Positions 31,080 to 41,048 of a stretch of DNA of 58,862 nt are shown one piece after another. Each line of letters begins with the position of its first letter. Positions within the stretch are counted from its first letter, which is position 1. The notes beneath the pieces were generated by a model that was not told where the DNA came from, made no database searches, and worked only from the letters and a program-made list of their open reading frames with translations. A program made the position numbers and the translations under genes. The DNA comes from Gemmatimonadaceae bacterium (GTDB lineage: Bacteria; Gemmatimonadota; Gemmatimonadetes; Gemmatimonadales; Gemmatimonadaceae): NCBI GenBank assembly GCA_043753365.1, contig JAYUWU010000270.1, forward strand, positions 1-58,862, read 5' to 3'.

Positions 31080-33616
31080 TACGCTGCCCTCGCGCCAAGA
31101 GGTGGTCGAAACCTTCTAAGCCGCAAACTGTTCGTCACCACAGAAACACTCGACAGCGACATCGCCGCGCTGGCGATCACGGGCGACAACAGCCATCCGG
31201 TCGCCGGGTAGAGAATCCCGGCCGCTATGGGAATTCCGATGACGTTGTAGACGAACGCCCAGAAGAGATTCTGCTTGACCGTTCGAATGGTTGCCCTGGA
31301 AAGAGCGAGCGCGGTGACAACTCCGCGAAGATCGCCGCGAAGAAGGGTGATGTCCGAGGCTTCGATCGCGACGTCGGTTCCAGTTCCGATTGCAATGCCG
31401 ACATCAGCCTGCGCGAGCGCCGGCGCGTCATTGATACCATCCCCGACCATTCCGACTTTCGCGTTACCCGCCTGGAGCCTCCGTACTTCCTCACTCTTTC
31501 CTTCCGGCAGCACCTCGGCGAGCACACGCGTGATGCCGACTCGCTTCGCCACCGCCTCGGCGGCAAGCCTGTTGTCACCGGTAATCATCACAATCTCGAT
31601 TCCCATTGCCCTGAGTGCGGCAATGGCGTCAGCCGCTTCGGGCTTCACCTGGTCGGCGACCGCAACCACCGTGGCGATTCGTCCATTGACCGCGGCGAAC
31701 ATTGGCGTCTTGCCCTCGGACGAAAGCCTCGTTGCATGACTCTCGGCCGCTGCTATATCGACATCGCGCTCGCTCATCATGCGGGCATTGCCGATGAGGA
31801 GGACTCTGCCATCGACAGTCGCCTCGAGGCCACGTCCTGGAATCGAGTTGAATGCTGACGCTTCAGGTATGCTGATTCCGCGCGATTCTGCCGCTCGCAC
31901 GATTGCCTGACCGAGAGGATGTTCGCTCTGGTGCTCTGCTCCCGCGATGAGGCTCAGCATTTCGTTCTCGTTCGATCCGTCGAGGACCACGACATCAGTC
32001 AGCTCGGGGCGACCCTCGGTGATCGTGCCAGTCTTGTCGAGAATCAGCGTGTCGAGCCGATGAGCCGTTTCGAGACTTTCTCCGCCCTTGATGAGCACGC
32101 CGTTTTCCGCGCCTCTTCCCGTGCCGACCATGATTGCTGTCGGCGTCGCAAGACCGAGGGCGCAGGGGCATGCGATGATCAGCACTGCGACGAAGTTGAC
32201 GAGTGCCATCGTGAATCTCGTATCAACCGGAGCGAGGACGAACCAGGCGGCGAAAGTCGCGACGGCAATTACGAGTACAATCGGCGTAAAGATTCCGCTT
32301 ATGACATCGGCTAGTCGTGCAATGGGTGCCTTCGAGCCCTGGGCGTCCTGCACCAGCTTTACTATCTGCTGAAGCGCTGTTTCGCGGCCGACTTTCGTCG
32401 CTTCGAACCTGAACGCGCCGGTCTTGTTGATGGTTGCGCCGAAAACTTCGTCGCCAACACTTTTGTCAACCGGCATGTTTTCACCGGTGAGCATCGCTTC
32501 ATCGATGGCAGATGCGCCGCTTCTGATGATGCCGTCCACCGGAATCTTTTCGCCCGGTCGCACTTCGATCAGGTCGCCGGGCAGAACCTGCTCGACTTCG
32601 ATTTCGGTTTCCTTTCCGTCACGAATGACTCGCGCTGTCTTCGCCTGCATTTTCACGAGGCGCTGGATAGCCTCCGACGTCTTGCCTTTCGCGCGCGCTT
32701 CCAGCATTCGTCCGAGGAGGATCAGCGCGATGATGACGCTCGCGGCCTCGAAATAGACGGGCACCATCGGTTCAGTGCCCATCTGCATTCCGGACATGGA
32801 TCCGCTCGCCGAGAAGAATCGAGGCACGATTGTCGCTGCGGTCGAGTAGAGGTATGCGGCGCCCGTTCCAATCGCGATGAGCGTGTTCATGTCTGCAGCG
32901 CGGTGTCTCAGGGCAGCCCACGCGCCGCGATAGAATTGCGCGCCGCAGTAGAACACGACCGGGGTAGTGAGAGCAAGCTGCAAGAAATTCGCGCCGGCGA
33001 AATTCAGCGCGGCGATCCTGCCGTGCGACATCGCCATGATGAGTACTGGCAGCGACAGGATACTTGCGATCAGGAATTTCCGCTTCAGGTCACGATACTC
33101 GGCCAGCCGCGCGTCATCCTCGCTCCCGGAATCAGGTCCGGCGGAGGTGTCACGCACGTTGTAACCGAAGTCCTGTATCGCAGCCCTGATCGCGCCTGCA
33201 TCTGTGGCGCCGGTCAGGTATTCGACGCGCACCTGCATTGTGCCGAGGTTGAAGTCGGAGCTGACTACGCCCTTCTGTCGGGCAAGGTGATGCTCGAGGG
33301 GTTGGGAGGAGCCTGATGGCCGGGCAGAATCATCGACAACGAAGTCGGCCCGGGCGTGACCGGTGGTACCGTAGCCAACATCTTTCACGGTGTCGACGAG
33401 CTGCCTGATACCGGTGGACGCTGGATCATATTCAACCGTGGCGCGTGAGGTTGCGAAGTTGACGTTCGCTTTTCTGACGCCCTGGCTCTTGCTCAGCGAT
33501 TTTTCTATTCGATTCGCGCACGCAGCGCACGTCATTCCTGTAATCGGCAGATCGATTCGCTCAGCGAGGCCGTCGGGTGTCGATCGCGTGTGCCGGTCGT
33601 TGGTTGTCGTGGTCAT
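31079..33616 (-). CDS. copA: Cu(I)-translocating P1B ATPase
   Basis: [30 protein letters not shown] and MSLSS motifs. Confidence 0.97.
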   Translation of the reverse strand: MTTTTNDRHTRSTPDGLAERIDLPITGMTCAACANRIEKSLSKSQGVRKANVNFATSRATVEYDPASTGIRQLVDTVKDVGYGTTGHARADFVVDDSARPSGSSQPLEHHLARQKGVVSSDFNLGTMQVRVEYLTGATDAGAIRAAIQDFGYNVRDTSAGPDSGSEDDARLAEYRDLKRKFLIASILSLPVLIMAMSHGRIAALNFAGANFLQLALTTPVVFYCGAQFYRGAWAALRHRAADMNTLIAIGTGAAYLYSTAATIVPRFFSASGSMSGMQMGTEPMVPVYFEAASVIIALILLGRMLEARAKGKTSEAIQRLVKMQAKTARVIRDGKETEIEVEQVLPGDLIEVRPGEKIPVDGIIRSGASAIDEAMLTGENMPVDKSVGDEVFGATINKTGAFRFEATKVGRETALQQIVKLVQDAQGSKAPIARLADVISGIFTPIVLVIAVATFAAWFVLAPVDTRFTMALVNFVAVLIIACPCALGLATPTAIMVGTGRGAENGVLIKGGESLETAHRLDTLILDKTGTITEGRPELTDVVVLDGSNENEMLSLIAGAEHQSEHPLGQAIVRAAESRGISIPEASAFNSIPGRGLEATVDGRVLLIGNARMMSERDVDIAAAESHATRLSSEGKTPMFAAVNGRIATVVAVADQVKPEAADAIAALRAMGIEIVMITGDNRLAAEAVAKRVGITRVLAEVLPEGKSEEVRRLQAGNAKVGMVGDGINDAPALAQADVGIAIGTGTDVAIEASDITLLRGDLRGVVTALALSRATIRTVKQNLFWAFVYNVIGIPIAAGILYPATGWLLSPVIASAAMSLSSVSVVTNSLRLRRFRPPLGARAA

Positions 33617-33990
33617 CGCCCGCTCTTGTAGATGAGGTCTACGATCTCGTCATACATGGCGTCGGCTTCGGCGCCGCCGGTTTGTATCGCTGCTGTTGCG
33701 CAGTGGCGGAGGTGGTTGCGCATGAGCTCGCGACCGACTGCGCGCAGTGCTTCGTTGACCGACGATATCTGGGTCATGATGTCAGCACAGTAGCGGTCTT
33801 CCTCGACCATTTTCTGGAGTCCGCGCACCTGGCCTTCGATCCGGCGAAGGCGCTTGAGATTCCTGTCCTTTCTTTCCGGGTCGACGTGCATTGCCTTCCG
33901 GTCGCCTGCATCAGGCGCGTGCGGTGCGCCGCATCCGCATGCTGAAGCGGGGGCGCTCTCCGGCACGTCGGCAGCGGCCGGGAACGTCAT
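33613..33990 (-). CDS. csoR: Copper-sensing repressor CsoR
   Basis: [14 protein letters not shown] and HLRHC ligand set. Confidence 0.93.
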   Translation of the reverse strand: MTFPAAADVPESAPASACGCGAPHAPDAGDRKAMHVDPERKDRNLKRLRRIEGQVRGLQKMVEEDRYCADIMTQISSVNEALRAVGRELMRNHLRHCATAAIQTGGAEADAMYDEIVDLIYKSGR

Positions 33991-34193
33991 GCGGCCTCTG
34001 CGGGATAGCCCGCGTCGTCGATCGCTGCACGGATGTCCTCGACTCCAGTGACAGCGGGATCGTACGAAACTGACGCAGATCCGACCGCCACGTTTTTCAC
34101 CTCGACGCCCTCGACCTTCCCGAGGGCCGATGATACGGAAGCAACGCAGTGGCCGCACGACATTCCCGAGATCTTGATGTCCAGCTCTTCCAT
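33987..34193 (-). CDS. copZ: Copper chaperone CopZ (HMA domain)
   Basis: GMSCGHC...AGY. Confidence 0.93.
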   Translation of the reverse strand: MEELDIKISGMSCGHCVASVSSALGKVEGVEVKNVAVGSASVSYDPAVTGVEDIRAAIDDAGYPAEAA

Positions 34194-34218
34194 GGTATCT
34201 CCTGTGTTGGAGGGTGAA

Positions 34219-34265
34219 ATACCCTCAGGGGGTATAAGGTTATATACCCCCCACCCCTATGTCAA
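34219..34265 (-). promoter_or_regulatory. Sigma-70 promoter with two CsoR operators
   Basis: TTGACA-17-TAACCT on the minus strand; ATACCCTCAGGGGGTAT and ATACCCCCCACCCCTAT boxes. Confidence 0.88.
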
Positions 34266-34274
34266 GCGGCAGCT

Positions 34275-35804
34275 TTACTCTTTCTTTGTCCCATGGTTCA
34301 TCCCCGCATGGGGATCCGCTGCGGGGGCTTTCTTCAATGGCCTGGGCGTCGCCTTTTTCACGACCGGTTTCTTCGTCACCGGTTTCTTTGCTACCGGGGT
34401 TTGTACAGCCGGCTTCCGCGGTGCAGCGGGGGCAGTCAGCAGTTTCCGCATCTCTGCGCGATGGCTCGCCGGCAGGGAATCGATCATCGCCGTCATCATT
34501 CGGCGCATCTCCGGGCTCGCGTTCACGCGCTGGCGAATCGTGGGGTCTTTGAGCATGCGCATCAGCATCGGCATCGTCGCGTCACCTGAGGAAGCGCCAC
34601 CGTGCATTGCACCGTGATCCATTCCGCTGTGATCCATTCCGGCCATTGGCTTTGCCGAAGCCGCCGCGGGTGGTGCGGTCGCGCCGTGCCCCGCGTGCGC
34701 CGCAGCCTGAGGCGTCGATGGCGTCGAACCGCTCATGTCCATGCCGGCATGTCCGCCGGCCGCCCCGTGAACTGCACCGCGCGCTACGGTAGGCGTGGGC
34801 AACGCACCAAGAAAATTCGCCGCGGCGCCGCCCATGTTGTGTGCACCCATGGATCTGGACATGTCGAGCCATTCCGCCTGCGTCATCACGAATGACGTGC
34901 GATCGCGATACAGCGCGGCCGCTTTCATGATCTCGGCGCGTTTCTGGCTTCGCGAGACTTTGGGGGACGCCAGGATGTCGGAGATGACATCGTGCATCGA
35001 ATGCAGGTTGTCAAAAATTATTGCCGCTTCAGGGTATCGCGCCGAGAAAGCGGGGGCGATTGCCGCAGTCATCGGCATTATCCTCGGCATGCCTGAAGGC
35101 GGCGCCTCGAGCATCTGCCAGAATCGCGCAACCGCGGCAACCACGCCGGTCTGTCGCTCCGCAACATTCTTTCCGGTCACGAGCGGCTCGTAAAGCCCGA
35201 CCTGCAGCCAGTGATATGCCCAGATCAATCCGTTGAACTTCGGATATTTCTCGCGGAAGGCTGTCGAGTAGTACTGACCTTCCATCAACTCCATGTTTTT
35301 CGGAAATGAGCTGAACGCCAGATCGGGGCGCTTCTTATAGTATCTAAGCAACTCCGCGACTTTCCGGTCCTTCTCCGCGAGATCGAGCGACTCGTCCGCC
35401 CACACATCGTAGATCTGCCTGTGAAGCAGGTGAGCCCAGTCGAACATCATCTTTGCCTCGGGCGCCAGCTTCGCGTACTGCACCTCGATCGCAGCTTCCT
35501 CGAGCGGCACACGTGGCGGATTGCGCAGCAGCTTCTTAGTTATGAAATCGTATTCCTTCTGCTCCAGATTCGCCACGGGCGCACTTGGCTGCGTGTAGAG
35601 ACGCTCATAAAGAATCGCGTGCCCGTAGTCGAAAGCGTTGAACAGCTTGTCAGCCGCTGGATAATTCCTGCGGAATTCCCAGTTGAACGAGCCTGGCAGG
35701 TAGAACTGCTCGTATGTCGTTGACCACTGCGCCTGAGCGGGCGTGGCGACAGCCGCGAACATTCCGACTGCGGCCGCCCGGAAAATCAGTGTGCGTAAAG
35801 TCAT
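34275..35804 (-). CDS. Secreted His-repeat protein with Met/His-rich tail (putative copper-binding, function unknown)
   Basis: Signal peptide; four related helical repeats carrying His; MDHSGMDHGAMH tail. Confidence 0.8.
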   Translation of the reverse strand: MTLRTLIFRAAAVGMFAAVATPAQAQWSTTYEQFYLPGSFNWEFRRNYPAADKLFNAFDYGHAILYERLYTQPSAPVANLEQKEYDFITKKLLRNPPRVPLEEAAIEVQYAKLAPEAKMMFDWAHLLHRQIYDVWADESLDLAEKDRKVAELLRYYKKRPDLAFSSFPKNMELMEGQYYSTAFREKYPKFNGLIWAYHWLQVGLYEPLVTGKNVAERQTGVVAAVARFWQMLEAPPSGMPRIMPMTAAIAPAFSARYPEAAIIFDNLHSMHDVISDILASPKVSRSQKRAEIMKAAALYRDRTSFVMTQAEWLDMSRSMGAHNMGGAAANFLGALPTPTVARGAVHGAAGGHAGMDMSGSTPSTPQAAAHAGHGATAPPAAASAKPMAGMDHSGMDHGAMHGGASSGDATMPMLMRMLKDPTIRQRVNASPEMRRMMTAMIDSLPASHRAEMRKLLTAPAAPRKPAVQTPVAKKPVTKKPVVKKATPRPLKKAPAADPHAGMNHGTKKE

Positions 35805-36640
35805 CGTGACGCCCTTAGCGGAATAAGTGAACGGATTGCAAATGCGTAGGCGGTCCCGAATGTCAGGGACCATCCACGCTCGGGCCCCGTGAGTCTCCGC
35901 CCGATTCCTGCATCGAGCAGAAAACTCGGGCTCGTCTGATACCGGAATCCGACATTTGTGCTGTAGTCGACGTCTTCACTTTCGTGAAGAGGCTGACGAG
36001 CGTAGAAGTCGGCCGCGAACAAGATCGACTTGAGCGGGAGCGCCTTGTCCACAGCGATTCCGCCGAGCCACCGCGCTCCCTCGGCTCCGCCGTCAGTGTC
36101 GGGCTCGTCGCCGAATGTGTACTGACCGTTCAGGTGAAAGCGGGCGGCAGAAAATGTTCTCGTCGCCATTCCCTTGAGCGAAGCGAGAGTGCGATCAGGG
36201 CCGAGTCCGCCGACCGGGAAGAGCAGGTCGCCGCGAATTCCGAGCGCCGGCAGCGAGCGAGTCTCCGCGTTCAGGTTGTGCATCGCTGACACCTCGAGTC
36301 CTGCAACGCCGGATCTGCTCGCGCCGTTGCCGATGTCCTGGTGAGCGATCGGAACGCCGATCTCAACGTGCGTCCGCGGAAGTAGTCCGTATGCGATCTC
36401 CGGCTCCATTCCGAGGTTGTATCGACCGCGTGATGCGCGCTCGAGCTTGAACGAGGTGAGCTTCAACTCGAATGCGTATCGCTCGGTCGCGTAGGCATCC
36501 TCTATCTGGAGCGGTCTGCCGGCGTCTGTGTTGTAGTAGTCGGTCTGCGCAGCGGCATTGTCTGAGGGCAGCGCGGTTCCCACTATGAGTGCAGGTATCA
36601 GGAGTCGCCGAAAGCGGACCCTGAGGGTGATCGGTGTCAT
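35801..36640 (-). CDS. Putative outer-membrane beta-barrel transporter (MetA-pathway-like)
   Basis: Signal peptide, alternating beta-strand pattern, C-terminal FGTAYAF. Confidence 0.7.
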   Translation of the reverse strand: MTPITLRVRFRRLLIPALIVGTALPSDNAAAQTDYYNTDAGRPLQIEDAYATERYAFELKLTSFKLERASRGRYNLGMEPEIAYGLLPRTHVEIGVPIAHQDIGNGASRSGVAGLEVSAMHNLNAETRSLPALGIRGDLLFPVGGLGPDRTLASLKGMATRTFSAARFHLNGQYTFGDEPDTDGGAEGARWLGGIAVDKALPLKSILFAADFYARQPLHESEDVDYSTNVGFRYQTSPSFLLDAGIGRRLTGPERGWSLTFGTAYAFAIRSLIPLRASR

Positions 36641-36758
36641 TTTGAAATCCCGTCGATGAAAGCGTCGCGATGCACGTCGATGTGCATCGAGTGGACCCGC
36701 GTCAGATGAGGCAGGTCACGCGCCAGCGAATTCTTCGCAGCGCATCAGATCGATCGGG

Positions 36759-37148
36759 TCAGGCTCGCGGGGGAGGGGAATCCGGGCTCGGCTCGAGGCC
36801 CGGAGGTGTCGCGGTTTTTCCGGCGTCTACAAGGGCACGGTGACCGGATCCGCTGGCTAAGATTGCCGGCATCAACACCGCCGGGGCGTTGCCACACAAC
36901 CCCCGCAGCACACATGTTGTTGGTGCTGGCGAATCGTCTTCGTGGGTTTCAGTGGCCGTTCCGCCCGTGTGGGCGTTGTGATGCACGTGCTCGCCCGCAG
37001 GATCCTGGGTGGCAACCGCCGAATTCATGTCGCTTGCAGCGCAGTGAAGCAGGAGCTGTCCCTGAACGAGCTGGGATGACAGCGCTACGCCTAGCATTGC
37101 GACAACGGCCGAGCGGCCAAGTGAAAGGAGTTGGGAGCGGAACGGCAT
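36759..37148 (-). CDS. DUF2946/CutF-CruR-like leader protein
   Basis: Signal-like N-terminus, HVHHNAH, CVLRGLC and C-terminal PDSPPPRA. Confidence 0.65.
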   Translation of the reverse strand: MPFRSQLLSLGRSAVVAMLGVALSSQLVQGQLLLHCAASDMNSAVATQDPAGEHVHHNAHTGGTATETHEDDSPAPTTCVLRGLCGNAPAVLMPAILASGSGHRALVDAGKTATPPGLEPSPDSPPPRA

Positions 37149-37271
37149 TACTCGCAAGGTAACAGCAGGGATGCGACAGGGGAAATGCCGGAGACGTCGT
37201 GGCTAGCGCGTATCACTCGGACTGGCGCTCTGGAACTACCTGGGAAAGGGAGGTTCTGGAGGTTCACGAGG

Positions 37272-38390
37272 TTAGAAGCAAACGACCGTCACGCCGCCGA
37301 CATTACACGACTTCAATCTCCGCAGCTCACCGTCGATCACGATGTGCACGGGGTTCCGGGGGAAGTTCGGGTCGGCTTCGAGCTTCATCAGCGCGCGGTT
37401 CAGTGGCGTTCCGACCGAGCTTCGGTGCGGGGATACGGCGAAGTACAGAGACTGTCCGGCCCGTTGCGCGGCTATCATCACGTTTCGGCTCGCATAGAGG
37501 GGAGCGCCGGTCAGGTAGCCCGTTGCCTGCTGTCCGCCGCCCGAGATAACGAGGGCCTGACCCAAATAAGGGGAGTAGAGCGGGTGCGACGGGTTCTCGT
37601 GAACCGCTGCTGGGGCGTTGTCGGGGAAGTTACCTCGCAGGCTCGTCTCGGCGGGGAACCAGCTGTAGGAGAAGTCCCCCATCGAATCCATGCCGATCGA
37701 GCTGTACGGCAGATGCCTGGTCCCGCAATGATTCCAGTTCTGCAATTGACGAAATCCACCGTCCCAGCCGTTTACCCCCAGCATCGTGCAGTAGCTGTCG
37801 GTAATCCCGGTTTGTGTCGGGTTGCGGGCGAGGTTGCTCCGAAGGATGAAATTGCCCCCCTCCGGAACCGTGACGCCCGGTGCACCCCCGGTTGAAAAGG
37901 CAGTACCAGTCCCCCGCTCGAGAGCGTCCAGGCGTGTAACCAGTGCAGCTATCTGGACATGAAGCGCAGCTATCTCATCCCTGACAGAAGCACGGACAGC
38001 CGCCTCGATTGTTCCTGTGTCCGCCGATGCAGGAGTTGGAGCCGGGAGCGGGGGAGGGACGGACACGTTCCGCACCGTCACGCCAAGCAAAGCCGCGAAG
38101 CTGTCGATGAGCGCGCGCCAGTATTTACCGGCGGGCGTTGCGGCCATGTAGCTCAACAGCTGACCTCTGTCCGGATCGCTCCAACTCGAGTAGTCCGCCG
38201 CTGAGACAGCCACGTTCATCGCTAAAAGCCGCTGGCTGAGTTCACCCTGATGGTTCAGGGCCACGCGAGCCAGGTAATTGAGATCGCGAAGCGTCGCGAC
38301 TTCCGCTGGCGTGCAGCATTGCGCGCCTGCCGGCAACGGGGCGACTGCTATTCCCGCAACCAGTAATATCAGATTCGTACTTCGTCTCAT
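37272..38390 (-). CDS. Hypothetical secreted protein with coiled coil
   Basis: Signal peptide ending AGAQ, Pro linker, heptad EIAALHVQIAALVTRLDALE. Confidence 0.7.
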   Translation of the reverse strand: MRRSTNLILLVAGIAVAPLPAGAQCCTPAEVATLRDLNYLARVALNHQGELSQRLLAMNVAVSAADYSSWSDPDRGQLLSYMAATPAGKYWRALIDSFAALLGVTVRNVSVPPPLPAPTPASADTGTIEAAVRASVRDEIAALHVQIAALVTRLDALERGTGTAFSTGGAPGVTVPEGGNFILRSNLARNPTQTGITDSYCTMLGVNGWDGGFRQLQNWNHCGTRHLPYSSIGMDSMGDFSYSWFPAETSLRGNFPDNAPAAVHENPSHPLYSPYLGQALVISGGGQQATGYLTGAPLYASRNVMIAAQRAGQSLYFAVSPHRSSVGTPLNRALMKLEADPNFPRNPVHIVIDGELRRLKSCNVGGVTVVCF

Positions 38391-38404
38391 CGTTTCAACC
38401 CCTG

Positions 38405-38683
38405 TCAGCCTCCGCTGATCGCAGCGAGAATGAACAACGTACTTCCGTCGCTGACGCGCGAATCGAGCCCGTCGATGAAGCGGATATTCTCGTCATCGAC
38501 AAAAAGATTTACGTGCTGCCTGATTTCGCCCTTCTCGTTCATCACCCGGTCGAGAGCAAAAGGCGATTGCCTGCCGAGCTCTGCCAACGCTTCCCTTACC
38601 GTGAGCTCCGGTGCTTCGACATGAAGTGCAGTGGCGCCATTGACGTGCGCGCCAATTGAACGGGGAAGCTCGATAGTGATCAT
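38405..38683 (-). CDS. MoaD/ThiS ubiquitin-like protein
   Basis: HVNLFVD..NIR..GL and C-terminal AISGG. Confidence 0.9.
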   Translation of the reverse strand: MITIELPRSIGAHVNGATALHVEAPELTVREALAELGRQSPFALDRVMNEKGEIRQHVNLFVDDENIRFIDGLDSRVSDGSTLFILAAISGG

Positions 38684-39798
38684 CTACCGACGACAGCGGT
38701 CTTGACGCAGACGATCGGCGGAAGATTGCCTGCTATCTCTGACCATGTCATGCCTTCGTCGCTCGATCCGAACAGCTTGCCGCTTCTGGTGCCGAAGTAG
38801 ACACCTGCCTTGTCCAGTGAGTCGGTTGCGAGGCAGTCGCGCAAAACGGTTTCGTATGCATCAGACTGCGGGAGTCCATTCGTCAGCGGCTCCCAGCTTC
38901 CGCCGGCATCAGTCGTCCGATACACGCGCATCTTTGCATCTGGGGTGCATCTGAACATGTCGGACTCGAGCGGGACGATGTAGACAGTATCCTGCCGGTG
39001 CGGATGCATTGCCATCGCGAATCCGAAATCTGACGGTACTCCGTTGGCGATGTCCTGCCAGTTCTCGCCCCAGTCGTCGCTGCGGTAGAGTCCCCAGTGA
39101 TTCTGCAGGAACAGTCGCTCGGGCTTTGACGGGTGATGCACGACCTTGTGTACGCACTGCCCGAACTCCGGATACTTGTCAGGCAAAAACTCAGCGCGGA
39201 CCCCGACGTTTCGTGGTGTCCATGTGTGTCCTCCGTCATCGGTGCGATAAACTCCCGCTGCCGAGATCGCAATCAGCATTCGCTTCGCGTTTGCGGGATC
39301 GGTGATGATCGTATGCAGGCAAAGCCCGCCAGCGCCCGGCATCCATTTCGGACGCTGCTCGTGGTGAAGCAGTCCGTCGACCGGGTGCCAGCTATCGCCG
39401 CCATCTGCCGACTTGAAGAGTGCGGCAGGCTCGACGCCACAATAGAGAACGTCTGGCTCCGATTCAGTCCCGGGAGCGACTTGCCAGATCTGCGCGAGTG
39501 CGAGGCCTGAATCTTCAGGGAAGCGCACGGTGTGCTGGTCGGGTTCGCTCCATGTTGTGCCGAGATCGTCGCTCGTGCGAAGTGTGCCACCCCAGTGTGG
39601 ACTCGTCGCCGCGGCGAATGTGCGGTTCCGTCCGCCTCTCACATCGTGAAAGAGCGAATAGACTGATTCGCCGCGAAAGTGAGGACCCTCGAGGCTCCAT
39701 TCTTTCCTCGATGCGTCAGAGCGAAAGAAGAAAGCTCCCTTCATCGTGCCGACCAGCAGGATAACTTCACTGTTACGTGGTGATCCGGCTTCAGTCAT
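38680..39798 (-). CDS. BNR/Asp-box beta-propeller (sialidase-like) protein
   Basis: Repeated S.D.G..W boxes; GTMKG, GQCVHK, LQNHWG and PSDFGF. Confidence 0.88.
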   Translation of the reverse strand: MTEAGSPRNSEVILLVGTMKGAFFFRSDASRKEWSLEGPHFRGESVYSLFHDVRGGRNRTFAAATSPHWGGTLRTSDDLGTTWSEPDQHTVRFPEDSGLALAQIWQVAPGTESEPDVLYCGVEPAALFKSADGGDSWHPVDGLLHHEQRPKWMPGAGGLCLHTIITDPANAKRMLIAISAAGVYRTDDGGHTWTPRNVGVRAEFLPDKYPEFGQCVHKVVHHPSKPERLFLQNHWGLYRSDDWGENWQDIANGVPSDFGFAMAMHPHRQDTVYIVPLESDMFRCTPDAKMRVYRTTDAGGSWEPLTNGLPQSDAYETVLRDCLATDSLDKAGVYFGTRSGKLFGSSDEGMTWSEIAGNLPPIVCVKTAVVGR

Positions 39799-39818
39799 CG
39801 GTTTCTCCGTATTCGCTG

Positions 39819-40418
39819 CTAGTAGAGTCCCTTGAGCAGGGCCATGTCTTCGGGTTCATCAATATCCAGCGGAGACGCGGGGAGTGGAATTGCCGTCACC
39901 TGGTCCCCACGATCCTTGAGCCACGGGCCAGCGCCGCGATCTCCCTCGAGCCGGGAAATCTCAGCGAAGAACTCACGACCGATGATCGCCGGCACGCCGA
40001 TCGTCTCTGAATACGAAGATGCGACGAGGCGGTTCACGCCGAATGCGCCGATCAGGTTTGCGAGGCTGTGCGCATCGACGAACGGCTGGTCGGCAAGAAC
40101 TATCAGCGCGCCGTCAACGCCCTTTTCTTCCGCGAGTGCATGAATTCCCGCGGTAAGTGAAGTGGCCAGCCCCCGTCGCCACCGCGAGTTGAGAGCGATC
40201 CTGACCTCCGGGAGGCCAATCAGGGCGGGAAGGATCTGTTCGCTGTCTGCGCCGAGTACGACGATGACTGGTTTCGCGCCGGCGTCGAGGGCGGCCTGGG
40301 CTGCCCGCCGGACGAGGGGCTGGCCAGCATGCTCGACTAATTGCTTCGGCTCGCCGAATCTCGACGAGCCGCCGGCGGCAAGCACGATAGCTGCAACCCC
40401 GGGAAGGTCTTCGGTCAT
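39819..40418 (-). CDS. mocA: Molybdenum cofactor cytidylyltransferase (MocA-like)
   Basis: LAAGGSSRFG..KQL, LADQP, GDRGA and DID; adjacent to xdh genes. Confidence 0.85.
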   Translation of the reverse strand: MTEDLPGVAAIVLAAGGSSRFGEPKQLVEHAGQPLVRRAAQAALDAGAKPVIVVLGADSEQILPALIGLPEVRIALNSRWRRGLATSLTAGIHALAEEKGVDGALIVLADQPFVDAHSLANLIGAFGVNRLVASSYSETIGVPAIIGREFFAEISRLEGDRGAGPWLKDRGDQVTAIPLPASPLDIDEPEDMALLKGLY

Positions 40419-40474
40419 GCCCTAAGTTACCTTCAGGGTGTGACTACCACGAATCGGAATCACGGAGAGGCCCA

Positions 40475-40969
40475 GTGTTGATCAATAGTGACCTTGCAGC
40501 GGCGTTCAACCAGCAGATCGGAAACGAGTTCGGCGCGAGTATGCAGTACCTGAGTATTGCCGCGTATTTCCAGGAGCAGCACCTCACGCTGCTCAGCAAA
40601 CTCTTTACCGCGCAGGCCGATGAGGAGAAGGAGCACGCGATGAAATTCGTGCGCTACCTGATGGACACGAAGGGCGGGCTCGCGATTCCGGCAATTGCCG
40701 CTCCCAAGCCGACCTTCAGCTCAGCTGAAGATGCTGTCCAGGCCGCGCTCGACTGGGAGCAGGAAGTGACCCGGCAGATCACGAGCCTCATGGACCTTGC
40801 TGTCGGTCAGAACGACTACATGGCGCAAAGCTTCCTGCAGTGGTTCATCGACGAGCAGCTCGAGGAAGTCGTGAAGATGGACCGGCTGCTCGGCGTTATC
40901 AAACAGTCAGGTGAGCGGAATCTCCTGATGGTCGAGGCGTACCTCGTTCACATCGAGAAGGCAGACTAG
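40475..40969 (+). CDS. Non-heme ferritin
   Basis: QADEEKEHAMKF, EQEVT and FLQWFIDEQLEE. Confidence 0.92.
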   Translation: MLINSDLAAAFNQQIGNEFGASMQYLSIAAYFQEQHLTLLSKLFTAQADEEKEHAMKFVRYLMDTKGGLAIPAIAAPKPTFSSAEDAVQAALDWEQEVTRQITSLMDLAVGQNDYMAQSFLQWFIDEQLEEVVKMDRLLGVIKQSGERNLLMVEAYLVHIEKAD

Positions 40970-41048
40970 TTCGTTCGGTTTTGAACCGGAATAATGCGCT
41001 CACCCGCGGCATTATATCTGCTCGGCCTCCTGTAGGGAGATCGAGCTC

